A stretch of 33,693 nt of DNA from Octopus bimaculoides (GCF_001194135.2 NC_068982.1:107854625-107888317); one strand, 5' to 3'. Positions 1-12,319 are shown, counted from the stretch's first letter. The notes: generated by a model from the letters alone, not told the origin. Numbers and translations: made by a program.

Positions 1-240
1 CTGGACTGGCTTGTGCGGGTGGCACATAAAAGACACCATTTCGAGCGTGGCCGTTTTCGTGCGGGTGACACGTAAAAGCACCCACTACACTCTCTGAGTG
101 GTTGGCGTTAGGAAGGGCATCCAGCTGTAGAAACTCTGCCAAATCAGACTGGAGCCTGGTGTTGCCATCCGGTTTCACCAGTCCTCAGTCAAATCGTCCA
201 ACCCATGCTAGCATGGAAAGCGGACATTAAACGATGATGA
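1..240 (+). mobile_element. 3' UTR segment of a young RTE-clade LINE (or RTE-tailed SINE) ending in a (GAT)n tail; runs off the window start
   Basis: 59-240 differs at 1 position from 9491-9672 and closely matches 6293-6444. It shares the motifs (TAAAAGCACCC, AGGAAGGGCATC, CCATGCYAGCATGGAAA, GATGATGA tail) of the 3' UTR that follows RTE coding sequence at 7945-8509. Confidence 0.8.
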
Positions 241-1104
241 TATATCGAGAGAGAGAGAGAAAAGGAGAGACTGACACAGATGTACATGCACACTCAGAGC
301 ATAATTATATAATGATAACCAACAGGAGAAATACAAGACTTATCAACTGGTGGACAAACCCCACATTGAGACAACAACTATGAAGCAACAGAGCACAGGG
401 ACACACAAAAGCTCAAGATTGTGAACGAGTGTGCCCTAAAACTACTTGGGAGTGACAGACCCATAGTTCTTGTCAGAACATTCTTATAGGAGAAGAACTG
501 GAGAAGGGAACTGTATTATAAAAACTTTGGTTGATACTCCCTCAGTCTTCTTGTTCTTTTATTGTCACTGGAACGTGGATAGCTGTCACTTAAAGACTGA
601 AATTTATACTGCACAAATGCCTATCACTATAAAGTCTACAAGATGTAGGTACTTTCAAACGTTGCAGTACATTATGCCTCTCATAAATAGGAATATCCAA
701 CATTGAGATATTTCATGAAGAATAGAATAACATAACTAATTTTATCCATTACTGTCTCCAAAAGTCCTTTGGCGATGAGTGCCTAGCAATGTATGCAAAG
801 TTGATGAGCTGGAACAGACAGTCACAAATCTGCACATTGGATGATTAAGGTATTTAATAACCTCGTTTTCTTTGACTTTAGCACTTACAAGTATTAGGTG
901 AAATTCCTGTGTCTGAGCAGCCTTATTTAAGGAAGATACTGCACAGGAAACTAAAGGGAGCTAGAAAAGGTTTTCCAAATATTGTCTGCCCCACAAACCA
1001 GTCAGTTTATCACAACTAAGCACTGTTTACCTCAGTAAAAGCAACAAATGTAAAAACGTAAATGAATGTAAAATGCAAAGACAGAAACAAGTGGATACGT
1101 CTAT

Positions 1105-1915
1105 GGAAGTGCTGTTGGAATGTGTGAACCCTATTGATTGATGAAATATCTAGCAGATTGGCCTGTGCATCATACTTCTCTTGAAGTAGCAGTGCATGGT
1201 TTATAGAAGGTCAATATTGCTACCCTTTCTGGGACATGATTGACAGAAGACTACAACAAATTGAAATGAGTTTTTTTGGAGATCAGTGTAAGGGAGAAAT
1301 AAGAGGGCTGTGTTGGCTTTGCAATCAAGAAAAAAAAATGCAGTTGATAGACTAGATGAACTGCCATCCCAGTGTATGTTACTATGTCATTAAACTCAAC
1401 TTGCAGTTGTCTTGTGGGCATCATGTGACTTTCTTATCTGTATGCATGTCTCTTTTGTATGAAAATTCTAGGAATGCTGTTCTTTCCGCACTGACTGATA
1501 ACAGAATCATCCTATCTGGAGATTTGAATACCAAGGTATGTCATGGTTGCATGGGATGCTCAGCATAAATAAAATAAATAATAATTATCTACTCCTAATG
1601 CAGTTATGTTCCAAGCTGAGTCTTGTAATAGGAAATACACTGTTCTACCAAAAATACAAGCACAAGATTACTTGGACCCATTTTCTTGATTTTGTCATAA
1701 TATATAAACATGACATTCATGATCTTTGTATTGTTACAGCTTTACATAGTGCTACATGTTAGACAGATCCTCACCGAGTATGTGTAAAACTGAAACTGGT
1801 TGTTAGGGAAAAGTTTATAACAAATACCACAAAGGTTCTGAAACAAGTGAATGTTGACACACTCTGAGGAAAGGCCACATATGTATCTTTTTGCGAAGCT
1901 CTAGCAAATTCATCA
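1105..1915 (+). pseudogene. Degenerate RTE (BovB-like) LINE apurinic-type endonuclease remnant
   Basis: Across frameshifts and stops it reads WNV*TLL..NIATLSGT..FFW..CVGFAIK..LDELP..GDLNTKV..LVIGNTLF..KITWTHFLDFVII..TDPHR, the ordered motifs of RTE APE domains (WNVRTL, GDFNA, TW..IDY, TDH). Confidence 0.75.
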
Positions 1916-2520
1916 ATGGCTTATGATCAAACTTTAAACATTAAGTTTTTTATATCTTGCCTTCAGAACACTAATGCTAAAATTGATTCCATGAAAATAA
2001 CTCAGAAATATTTGAGTTTCCAGCCATCTAACATAAATTATGCCAGAAATTGCTCAACCCTAATTTATGTAAAAAGGAACATAGAAACTCTCCTTTGTAT
2101 TTTATGTTAAAGGCATCTATCTTGCCCTCTTTGTCATACATATCACCTAGAAAATCTCTGAACTTATGTGAAGCAGAGGAGTCATTTGGTTTCCATACCA
2201 TCTTTCTTCAGGTTGTATGTTTTCTCTGTTTCGTTCTTACTTTGAAGTCACTAATCACTTATTTCTGTTGAGTAGTATATACTTCCCCAGTAGTGACTTA
2301 TATTTACAAACCTTTCTATCTTTCTATCACATTAGTTTGTCTAGCTACATTTTTGACTAACTGGTGGGTGGTTGAGTGTCTGTTAGTTTTTTGCATCTAG
2401 TATGGGACATGGTTAAGTAATTTGTATCACAGAATTTTAAGAGCCTTGATCCCTCTCTATATTTCATGAATCTACTACAGCCTTATCTGTAGTTATATTG
2501 TCGTTAAATATATTTATTAA

Positions 2521-2740
2521 CCCTTTCATTACCAACCCAGCTGAAACTGTTTCTGGCTCTGAGTACAAATTTCTTGTTTTCAAAAGTTCTGAATTAAAAT
2601 CTTCCACCAAACCTCAGTCACAATTTATGTTCCTAACACTAGCTGAATGATAACTAAGTTATTTTACTAAATTCTTTGTTATATTTAAAGTAATTGAAAG
2701 AAACACAGAGCATCTCAAAATAAATACAGTAAGAAAAGGG
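2521..2740. mobile_element. piggyBac-type MITE, 220 bp
   Basis: TTAA at 2517-2520 and 2741-2744. Ends CCCTTTCATTAC and GTAAGAAAAGGG (reverse complement CCCTTTTCTTAC, 10/12 match). Confidence 0.75.
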
Positions 2741-2924
2741 TTAAAGCCACAAGCTGTGATAACAAGGTCACTTTCATTTGTCATTGGGGTTGTTTGCAAG
2801 AGGGTCTTGTGAGAATAGTCCTTGTTTTTTTCATCTGTCAGTCTTGTATAATGTGCAAATACAGTGATAACTGATACCATCGTGTTGTCCAAGACTAGTC
2901 TAATCTTAATTATTCAGTTGCCTA

Positions 2925-3150
2925 TTTTGACTAATTACTTACTCCATTTATTTATGTTCTAACAATATAACAACATCTCCAGCGCTGTTACCCACCCAGA
3001 ATTTGTACCTGTGTTCCTTCTGCATGCACAAGTTAATTGGTTGAGGCTCATTGCCATCTAATCTCTTGCACACATTACATGTTCAGTCACCTTTGCTCCA
3101 GTTTCTCTACAATTTCTCTAGACCTACCCTTCATCATAGCATTGATTGTG
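2925..3150 (-). pseudogene. Degenerate RTE LINE endonuclease N-terminal remnant
   Basis: Minus strand reads INAMMKGRSREIVEKLEQR*LNM*CVQEIRW, then GDVVILLEHK, matching the RTE start GTLKGRSGEVVEMLERR..CCIQEVRW..GVGILL. Confidence 0.65.
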
Positions 3151-3574
3151 GTATCCCTGGAGTTTCTGTGAGCATTTGCTCACAAACAAATTATTCTGAC
3201 ACATGGCCAGCTATTTCCACGATGTTTTTGCTGCCACAGACTGTTCAGTTTGTGTCATGCCTTTCAATTTCTCATTCATAAAGCCACCACAAAGCAAGTG
3301 TTGCTGTAACCATTCCACCTGTGCACCAACTATTTTGTATTACCACTTGCTAAATATGTTCTTTGCTCCCAGTTTTGATATTTCTCTGATATTTTAATTT
3401 TTACCATAACCCTGATGCAGCATTTTCTGCATTGATCTTCAGTTCCCAAATCCCTACACTGCTATCTCTCCTAACTTTAATGCCAACCAAGTAGGTCATT
3501 GTTGATCTGGCTTCAAACGCATGACAGAAGCATCATACACCATCACAGGATTCCAAATGTCCTTCGTATTTTAG

Positions 3575-3857
3575 GCCCTTCTTTTATGTTAGGTTTGTCA
3601 TGAGTCCTAGAACTGATAAGGCCAGTGTATGGCATATAAATGACTGAGGTTACAACACTCCCATCTGAATGGGGAAATGGTCCATCACAGGGTTAACTTC
3701 CCAGCTATTACTAGACTCGTTTACAGTAGACTGAACTGGAGCAATGTCAAAACAAAGTATTTTTCTCAAGGACACAATGCACCGCCCAATCTGAGAATCA
3801 AAACCATGATTTTACAATCATGAGTGTAACATCCAAACCACTATGCCACTCACCTGC
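3575..3857 (-). mobile_element. Degenerate tRNA-derived SINE with a conserved-core-like body
   Basis: Minus strand has A-box TGGCATAGTGG (3838-3848) and degenerate B-box GGTTTTGATTC (3795-3805), followed by TTGTGTCCTTGAG and CCTGTGATGGAC motifs typical of core-domain SINEs. The left boundary is approximate. Confidence 0.6.
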
Positions 3858-4034
3858 TTTCTTTAATGTGTCCACTCCATATTGTCTCAGCAAGGTCTCA
3901 TCAACTCAACAATTACAGCTTATTTTTTTTAACAGAATCTGACCGTACCATAATGACAATGTTGCTATACTTGTATCAGTGGGTGAGGCTTCCCCAGAGC
4001 TGCTTGCTTTCACTTGTTGCAGTTATTTGACATC

Positions 4035-4535
4035 TTATGAGGTTCAGACTCTTAGGATCAGTCTTCACCACTTTGTCTCATGTCTTTCTATGTCTTCCTC
4101 TTCTACAGGTTCCAGCCACATGGAATGCTGAGCACTTCTTTATAGAACTAACATCCTCCATGCACATCACATGCCCATACCAGAATAGCCCTTTATCTTA
4201 CACATTATATCTAATTCCTTTTATATCCAACTTTCCTCTCAGCTCATTTGTGCTGTCATTTATGCATACTAATATTATGTATCCAGAGGAACATGCACAT
4301 TTTATTTCTTTCCAGCCGTCATAAACCTTCCATATTCAAAGCCCACGTTTTGCTGCCATGAAGCATTACACTTTAATATACAAGTATCATACAATCTGCT
4401 CTTTACTTCAACAGAGAAAACCTTTGTTGCTGTTAGAGCTAAGAGCTACCTGAATTTTTCCATCCATTTTAACTCTGGTTACTACGTTTCCAGAGTACAT
4501 AACTCCACTTTCATTGAGAATTAGATCATCTCAGC
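4035..4535 (-). pseudogene. RTE LINE ORF C-terminal remnant
   Basis: Minus strand reads ELRGKLDIKGIR..WYGHVMCMEDVSSIKKC..GTCRRGRHRKT*DKVVKTD, the RTE C-terminal WYGHV..RGRP..W block. Same family as 7945-8200. Confidence 0.75.
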
Positions 4536-4539
4536 ATAA

Positions 4540-4642
<103 letters not shown>

Positions 4643-4792
4643 TATATACATATATCTTTTTTTTGGATCAGTTTTTCTGGATTCCCCCTTTCTGTCTTTT
4701 TCTTATACATGGTCATATTTCATATTCCTGATTAAGATTCAGTTATGGAACTCTTTCAGTGGAAATTCGGGAAGTATATATCTGTCTACTTT

Positions 4793-4905
4793 TCATCCAT
4801 TCATCTGTCCGTCCGTCTGTCCGTCCATCTGTCTGTCCGTACATCCATCCATCTATCCATCCATTCATCCATCATCCATCCATCCATCCATACATACATA
4901 CATAC
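4793..4905. repeat. Compound tetranucleotide microsatellite (TCCG/TCTG/TCCA/TACA)
   Basis: Directly visible tandem 4-mers. Confidence 0.9.
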
Positions 4906-4966
4906 AAATGTACCTTGTATTGTATTTATGTGTTTACTTGTGTGTGCGCATGTGTGTATGTGTGTA

Positions 4967-6266
4967 CAAGGTGCAATGGGTAAACTGTCAGCATTTTATA
5001 TGTTTAATTTCACGTAAGCATATTGTTCCTTTTTGATTTTGTGGACTACACAGCATAGTAGGGTCAGTTGGGCACCGTCTGTGAGAAAAAGAGCACCATG
5101 ATGCAATTCACTCTGCCAGAAATTTGGAAATAACATACTGTACTGCTTGGTATTCACACTGGAAGCTCCAATACAAACATTTCAGAGTGTTTGGATGTCA
5201 ATCTGGGGACAGTGCAGAGGATTTGGAAAGAGTTGGATGAGTCTAATGGTGATTATGAAGGTAGGGCAGCTTGGAAAACTCATTCTAAATCATTCTGATA
5301 AGAAAAGAACTCCTGAATTTGTTGGTGTGATCCAGGCCATGATTAACAATGAATCCTCCAAGTCAATCAAGTTCATTGCCAGGGACATGGGAGTGTCTGA
5401 GTTTCTTATCAGGCAGGTAGTGCATAAAGACATTCAGTATTCCTCATACAAGATGAGAAAGGACCAATTTTTATCCCAAGCCATCAAGGACAAGAGAAAA
5501 GACCATGCTACAAAGCTTTTGAACAAACTCAAGCACCCACCCACCAACCAAACATACTTTGGTTTTTCTCAGATGAGAAAAGTTTCTGCCAGGATCAGAT
5601 GGTGAACTCACAGAACAACCGTTGGCTTGCCATGTCCCCAAAACATGTACCGAGAGTGATAAAAATCAAACATCCAGTCAACATGATGGTGTTTGGAGTG
5701 ATCACTAGTGATAGTGATGTTTTGCCTCCACTCATCTTCCCACATCACACTCAACATGGAGACCTACATCAAGTGCCTGGAGGAAGTAGTGCTGCCCTGG
5801 TTCAAGAGGGTGGTTGCTAGAAGACCCTATGTCTGGCAACAGGACTCTGCACCATGCCACACAAGCAGGAGAATCCAGTCATGTCAGACAACTTCTGAAA
5901 CCACATCACCCCTAACATATGGCCACCTAACTCCCCAGACTGCAACCCCCTTGATTATTATGTGTGGGGTGCAGTAGGGTGAGAGACCAAAAAACTCCTT
6001 GTAGCACCAAAGATGAACTGAACGCAAGGATTATGGCAGCATTCACCACCAACTTAAACAAGGAGACCATCCAGAAGAGTTGCAGGAGATTCCGAAGTCG
6101 TCTGGAGGGCGTGGTTGAAGCCAATGGTGATTTTATTGAAAAAATTTACTCTGTAGTATTTAGAGATATTTTTATGTAATTTTGGTAAATATATCTGTTA
6201 AAATGGAATGTCAGTGTTAGTTTCATTTTCGTGCAATTTAGGCAACAATTCATTCACCGCACCCTG
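4967..6266 (+). mobile_element. Full-length decayed mariner-like element, maT (DD37D) type, 1300 bp
   Basis: TA at 4965-4966 and 6267-6268. Degenerate ~24-bp TIRs: CAAGGTGCAATGGGTAAACTGT versus reverse complement CAGGGTGCGGTGAATGAATTGT. Frameshifted transposase with FSDEK, MVFGVI, WQQDSAPCHTS and WPPNSPDCNPLDY. The D-to-D spacing is 37 if a 4-bp deletion near 5882 is restored. Confidence 0.9.
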
Positions 6267-6292
6267 TATGTTTATATATAGAGAAAGAAATA

Positions 6293-6444
6293 TAGGAAGA
6301 GCATCCAGCTGTAGAAACTCTGCCAAATTAGATTGGAGCCTGGTGTTGCCATCCGGTTTCACCAGTCCTCAGTCAAATCGTCCAACCCATGCCAGCATGG
6401 AAAGCGGACGTTAAACGATGATGATGATGATGATGATGATGATG
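6293..6444 (+). mobile_element. 5'-truncated RTE 3' end with (GAT)n tail
   Basis: 4 mismatches to the 9491 copy over ~125 bp, followed by ~10 GAT units. Confidence 0.85.
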
Positions 6445-7694
6445 TATGTATGTATATATAATGTATATCATGTATATATATGTATGTCCTATGTGTCAAA
6501 ATAACCACCTTGTATTCATTATCTCATTGGTTATTTGGTTTATCTTATCATGAACCTAATTTAGGTATTTATCATATTCTTTATTCTAAAGTTAAAAAAA
6601 AAAAGTTAATGTCAGCCTATCTAACCAGTCATTGTATTCATACGTCAAAATATTCTGTTATCAGACAGTTAAGCAATCATAGCAAGAGACAGAATACACT
6701 AAACTATATCTGAGAAATTAAACTAGCAGAAAATTTTAATATTTCGGAAAAAAAAAAAAATAGATAAAATAAAAACCTAGTGTTGAAATTTTACAATATT
6801 GCTTATAATGTTGCTTTGCTGCAAACAGCATAGAGAGTGAAGGAAACACAACTAAAATGGATTACAATTTCAGATGAAATGCCATTTTCGTTTAATTCAA
6901 CTAAATGTGTGTTTTTGTATTTTCTTTCCTTCCAGCCTCCTCAATTGTAACTAACAGAAAACTAGGTTCTAAAATGAACTTTAAACAGATGTTTACTGCT
7001 TCATTTCCTGCTGCTAAAAGTAGAATGTTGGGAACATGTGACTTCATAGATATCAACAAGCATCAAATACGCTACATTCTTACAATTATAGCTCAGTGGC
7101 TTAAACAGTTTGGTTTGGGGTTTGATCTCACTGAATAGCAGCAATATTGACAAGTATTTGCTTCCATAACTTTGGGTTAAGCCAGTCCTTGCAAGTGAAA
7201 TTGATAGTTGGAAACTATGGAAGGTTATCAAATGGACTGTGTTTGTTTTGCAGTGGTCATTCAATTTAGCACTACCATCTGGCCTTTACCTGTCTTTAGC
7301 ATGGTCCACTTTGTTGTAAGCACTCAGACAAATCTTTAGAGCGATGAAAACTTGGTATCATTATGCACTACTTTCTATCACAGTAGGCCATAAGTTTTGG
7401 TTTCTTCATCCCTTCGATTCCACTGCTAATGGGTGTCACTGTTTCTCTTCTGTATCAACCATAAAGAAACATTATCAACAAATATCAAAAAGAAAAGACA
7501 TTCTTGAACATCATTAAAAGCATTATGAAATTGGAATCCTTGCAGTAGCTAACAATGTGAAAATAAAGGAGCTGGATTATAATAATACTATCGTGTAGTA
7601 GTTGTGAGTGTCACTATCATACAAGCAGTGTCATTCATTTTCAATATTCTGCAAAAGCATGTTTGGTCATGAGAAAATATACTGTGCTTGGAAG

Positions 7695-7805
7695 CAGGTG
7701 AGGGTTGGTGACAGGAAGGGAATTGACTATAGAAAATCTGCCCCAATATACTTCATCCGACCCATGCAAACATGGAAAAGTGGACACTAAAATGATGATG
7801 ATGAA
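7695..7805 (+). mobile_element. Old diverged RTE-type 3' tail
   Basis: GGTTGGTGACAGGAAGGG..CCCATGCAAACATGGAAAA..ATGATGATGATG motifs shared with the other RTE tails. Confidence 0.5.
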
Positions 7806-7944
7806 GTTGCCAGTCATTACTGTGCTGACACCTTTGGGAAAGGCATGATAGCTACTACTTCTCATATTATTTATTACTTGTAGTCACTAACTAAATACAC
7901 AAATTATTACAATTATATAAAAACTATGCAGAAGATATTTCTGA

Positions 7945-8509
7945 ATGAGGCATCAGATGAAGTGTGTAAGAGAGAAGACTGCACTGGTACAGTCATGTAA
8001 TGTGTATGAATGATGACAGTTGCATCAAGATGTGCCGATCTCTAATTGCGGACGGAACATGTGGCAGAGGTAGACCCAAAAAGATGTGACAGAAAGTGGT
8101 GAGAAAGGATCTTCAGACATTGGGTCTCACAGAGGAGATAACAAGGAACTGAGATTCCTGGTGGTTTGCTGTGCCTGAGAAGATATGTCAAGCTAAGTAA
8201 AATCAAGGTTGTCCTTGAATACAGGCATGTACTCTGCATCCCTCTCCAGATGAGTGTTCCTGGACTTGTGACTGCTGGTACCACATAAAAAGCACCCATA
8301 CAAGTACCATGTAAACCCATTTGTGCTGGTGCTGCATAAAAGCACCCAGTACACTCTGCGAAGTGATTGATGCCAAGAAGGGCATCTAGCCATAGAAACC
8401 ATGCCAAAACAGACATGGAGCCTGGGCAGCTCTTCAGCTGGCCAGCTCCTGTCAAACCATCTAACCTATGCCAGCATGGAAAATGGACGTTAAATGATGA
8501 TGATGATGA
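7945..8509 (+). mobile_element. 5'-truncated RTE LINE: C-terminal coding remnant, 3' UTR and (GAT)n tail
   Basis: Reads ERRLHWYSHVMCMNDDSCIKMCRSLIADGTCGRGRPKKM*QKVVRKDLQTLGLTEE..QAK* (stop 8198-8200), followed by a UTR ending CCAGCATGGAAAATGGACGTTAAATGATGATG. Confidence 0.85.
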
Positions 8510-9185
8510 AGGCCTTGAATAATCCAACCTGTTTAGGGTTTTAATATTATTACAATGCTTATTGATGAGGTACTTTCAATTCTCAAAAGACCCATCCAGG
8601 GTTATCAAAATATTATAGGCTTCCAAGCAGACAATACACAGTGTACCAGGGCCTAGCCTCTTACAGATATTTATAGAAAACAAGTTATTATTGTTTACAT
8701 AGATTAACAATAGGCCTGTTACAAAGAAGAACACCGATATCTGTGAAGATTTTTGATAAACAAAATATTCTTTTCATAAACAAAGACAAATGTTGTTATT
8801 ACTATGAACAACAAAACATTAAGTGAGTTTGAATATTATTACTCTTGGATTGGTGTGATTGTTGCAGTAGTCAAAATGTTAAGTGGTGCTTGTGCTGCTG
8901 TTGTTCATTCATTGTGGTTAGCTGCTGGTTGTGCTACTGTCTTCTACTGGTTCTCATTTGCCAGCTGTTCATTGCTTTTGTGTTGCCAGTTTGGGTCAAC
9001 TGCTGTCTTTTTGCTGTTTCCTTAAAGTAGCTAAGGTATGCTGAATATATAGTGATGGTTAGGCTCAGAGAGATGAGTACAAAAGATGAAATTTGTTGTT
9101 GGAGTCAGTTCCATGTGAAGCCTTGGTTGGTCAGATCTTTTAGATGATGTGGGTAATATTCTAGAGAATTTCAACATTGGATATA

Positions 9186-10867
9186 CACCCAGAATCACAC
9201 TAATAGCTTAGGAGTGAAATTTAGGATTTCTCGGTTTTCTGTGAATCGATTTTGATAAAAAACTTTTCCCAACACCATTGTCATGTTTTCAGTATTCTGT
9301 GTAATGTCCTTTCTTTTTTATTTCAGATTCTTCAGATTTTGGGTGAACCACGCTAATAGTTTTTGAATGAAAATAGCCCAGAAAATGAATGGCAATGATA
9401 CATATTAAGCATGCATTGAGTATATATTTAACAGAAAACCATGATAATATTATAACATTTATTGACATAATGAATTATTTAGCCACATGAGTGCGGGTGA
9501 CACGTAAAAGCACCCACTACACTCTCTGAGTGGTTGGCGTTAGGAAGGGCATCCAGCTGTAGAAACTCTGCCAAATCAGACTGGAGCCTGGTGTTGCCAT
9601 CCGGTTTCACCAGTCCTCAGTCAAATCGTCCAACCCATGCTAGCATGGAAAGCGGACGTTAAACGATGATGATGATGATGATGAGTGCCAAGGAAGAAAC
9701 GATCTGATTGTGGGACCTCAAAGGCTGTGACAGCTAGGAATTTAAGGAATATTGGCTGTAAGTTATGTGGGAAACCAGGACAAACAAGCAAAGCCATTTT
9801 CGCTGCCTCTGGACTTCTTCATGTACCAAAAGCCACCAGAAATCGTATCCTCAGGACCATGGCTTCTGTGTGAGGACTCCTGAAACTGCCTCCTCACAGG
9901 AATTTGAGGTTTCAATGGGCCAAAAAGTACATGATGTTAGACATAAGTTGTGTTCTGTTTACTGATGAAACCAGGGCAACCCTTGACGAACCTGACAGTT
10001 GGGTAAATAATTGGGTCTGTTTTAGAGATGAGTGTCACCAATATTTACGATGTCAACAACAGGTTGGAGGAGTCATGTTGTGGGCTGGTATGATTGGGGA
10101 CAGACTTGTTGGCCCAGTCAGGGTGCCTGAAGAGGTTAAAGTAACCACAGCCACTTACTGCAATCTCCTGAGGGAGGTCTTGGATCCCTGGCTAGATGAC
10201 ATACTGATGTCACTTCTAAGGAATCTCATATTCATGCATGACAAACACTCCCTCCTGCTCTGCCAGGACCACCCAAACATTCCTAGGGTCTTACAGCATA
10301 CAAGGTGAAAGGTTGATAGTGTGGCTGCTAACATCTCTGGATCTCAATCCTATCGAAAATCTTTGGTCCATCATTAAACAAGATGTTTATGCCAAAGGAT
10401 ACCAGTTAACATCCAAAGATGTCTTATGGGTGACCATCAAAGCTGCAGCAGAGGCAGTCCAACCTGCTACTATTAAGAAATTGACAGATTCCATGACTAA
10501 TAGGGTTTTTGAAGTTATCTGTTGAAATGGCACTCATGTGGCTAAATAATCAATTATGCCAATAAATGTTATAATGTTATTAGAGTTTTCTGCTAAACAT
10601 ATGCTCAATGCATGCATAATATGTATCATTACCATTCATTTTCTGAAAAAAAAAAAATGTCTAGATGGGCTATTTTCATTCAAAAGCTATTAGCGTGGTT
10701 CACTTAAAAACTGAAGAATCTGAAATTAAAAAAAGGACATTACACAGAATGATGAAAACATAACAATGGTGTTGCCATAGTGTGTAAACCAACCGGGAAA
10801 AGTTTTATGAAAATCGATTCAGAAATCCTAAATTACACTCCTAAGCTATTAGCATGGTTTCTGGATG
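9186..10867 (+). mobile_element. Non-autonomous Tc1-like element with DD37E spacing (TRT-like) and long inverted arms
   Basis: TA at 9184-9185 and 10868-10869. Ends CACCCAGAA / CATCCAGAA (reverse complement). Arms 9186-9494 and 10528-10867 are inverted copies. The transposase remnant has VLFTDETRATLD, IFMHD and DLNPIENLW, with 37 residues between the second D and E after removing one A near 10243. Confidence 0.85.
9491..9684 (+). mobile_element. Young 5'-truncated RTE 3' end inserted in the Tc1-like element
   Basis: Near-identical to 59-240, (GAT)n tail, flanked by ATGAGTGC at 9487-9494 and 9681-9688. Confidence 0.9.
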
Positions 10868-11191
10868 TAATGACATGATTGCTAAATATTCCAGCTACAG
10901 ACCTTCAGACCTCTTAGGAACCTGCATATCTTGTCTGAACCCACTTCTAAAGCTCTCAGCATACTTACAATACCTGTTTATTTTCATATACATAAAAATA
11001 AAAAATCATCCATGGAAGTTCACCAACTTCTCTACTGAGTTTCCTCATACACAAATCTGTTATCAAATAAAGTGAATTTTACGATAAGTACTGTACTGCA
11101 TGAAACTACAGATATTTGAAAAGGAAGAGCAAAACTGCTTTTGAAACATCGGAGAGAATGATGGTTCTCTCAAAATTCAAGGTTGTTTATA

Positions 11192-11527
11192 TTTTATCGT
11201 TTACTTGTTTCAGTCACTGGACTGTAGCCATGCTAGGGCACCACGTTGAAGGGTTTAGTTGAAGAAATTGCTCCCAGTACTTAAATTTTAAATCTAGTAC
11301 TTATTCTATCAGCCACTTTTGCCAACTGTTAAGTTATTGGGATGTAAACTAACCAACACCAGTTGTCAAGTGGGTAGGAGGTAAGAAACAAACATACGCA
11401 TGTACACTCACACATATATATCTAATTGGCTTCCACAGTTTCCATCTATCAAATTAACTCCCTAAGCATTGATTGGCCTGGAAGTATAGTAGACGACACC
11501 CAAGGTGTCATGAAGTGGGGCTGAACT
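11192..11527 (-). mobile_element. Old tRNA-derived SINE (family 1), head truncated at the B-box
   Basis: Co-linear with the 12964-13359 copy (TTACTTGTTTCAGTCA..GCACC..TATTCTATC..CCAAGGTG..GTGGGGCTGAAC). Confidence 0.7.
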
Positions 11528-11549
11528 ATTTTTTATCCTTTCTTTTTTT

Positions 11550-11936
11550 CTCTTATCTTTTACTTGTTTCAGTCATTAGACTGTGGCCATGGTGGAGCAC
11601 CACTTTGAAGAATTTTTATTAGTCAAATGAATTGACCCCCAGTACTTAATCTTTTTTGTTTGCTAAGCCCCAGTACTTGTTCTATCAATCTCTTTTGCTG
11701 ACACACCATCACCAGTTGTCAAGCTGCATTGGGGGACAAAGACACACACATAGATGTATATATATAGATGTATATATATACTCACACACACACACACACA
11801 CACACAACAGGCTTCTTCCAGTTTCTGTCTACCAAATCCACTCACAAGGCAATAGTAGAAGGTACTTGCCAAGGTGCCATGCAGTGGGACTGAACCTAGA
11901 ACCATGTGGTTAGGAAGCAAGCTTCTTACCACACAG
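11550..11936 (-). mobile_element. tRNA-derived SINE (family 1) with internal CA/TA microsatellite
   Basis: Co-linear with 12964-13359; the head retains GGTTCAGTCCC B-box-like sequence. Confidence 0.8.
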
Positions 11937-12319
11937 GGCCTAGCAAATAGTCATGAACCCTACCATTACTCACCAAGCCCTAGATTATTGTATCAGCTGG
12001 ACTCTCATCTGTTATGGACTTTGCACAAAACATTTGAACTTGATTCTAGTTTGAAAAGAACATATTAGGATAATGTCTTTTATTATAATACCATTCATAT
12101 TTTTGATGCATCATAAAAGCCATCTCCAGTATTTAATTGATATCTTATGTTATCGATTCTGGAAGTAAATAGCTCAGAATCATTTGTTCAGCGCTCTGAC
12201 AATTCTGCTCTGGGTGCACAGTGCCTGGAGGAAAAGACAGGATAGTGACATTTAGAATGTCTTTAATAAAAGCTCTGCTCAATGAACGTTTGTCAAAACA
12301 ACAATAACTGACACAGCAC

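Noticed and set aside
59-240. Repeated ~180-bp units as a CRISPR-like or dispersed functional array
   Set aside because: They are dispersed LINE 3' ends with tails and a TSD, not regularly spaced repeats.
2691-2728. Apparent exon (AAG|..ACA|GTAAGA)
   Set aside because: Lies inside the TTAA-flanked MITE; the donor is part of the TIR.
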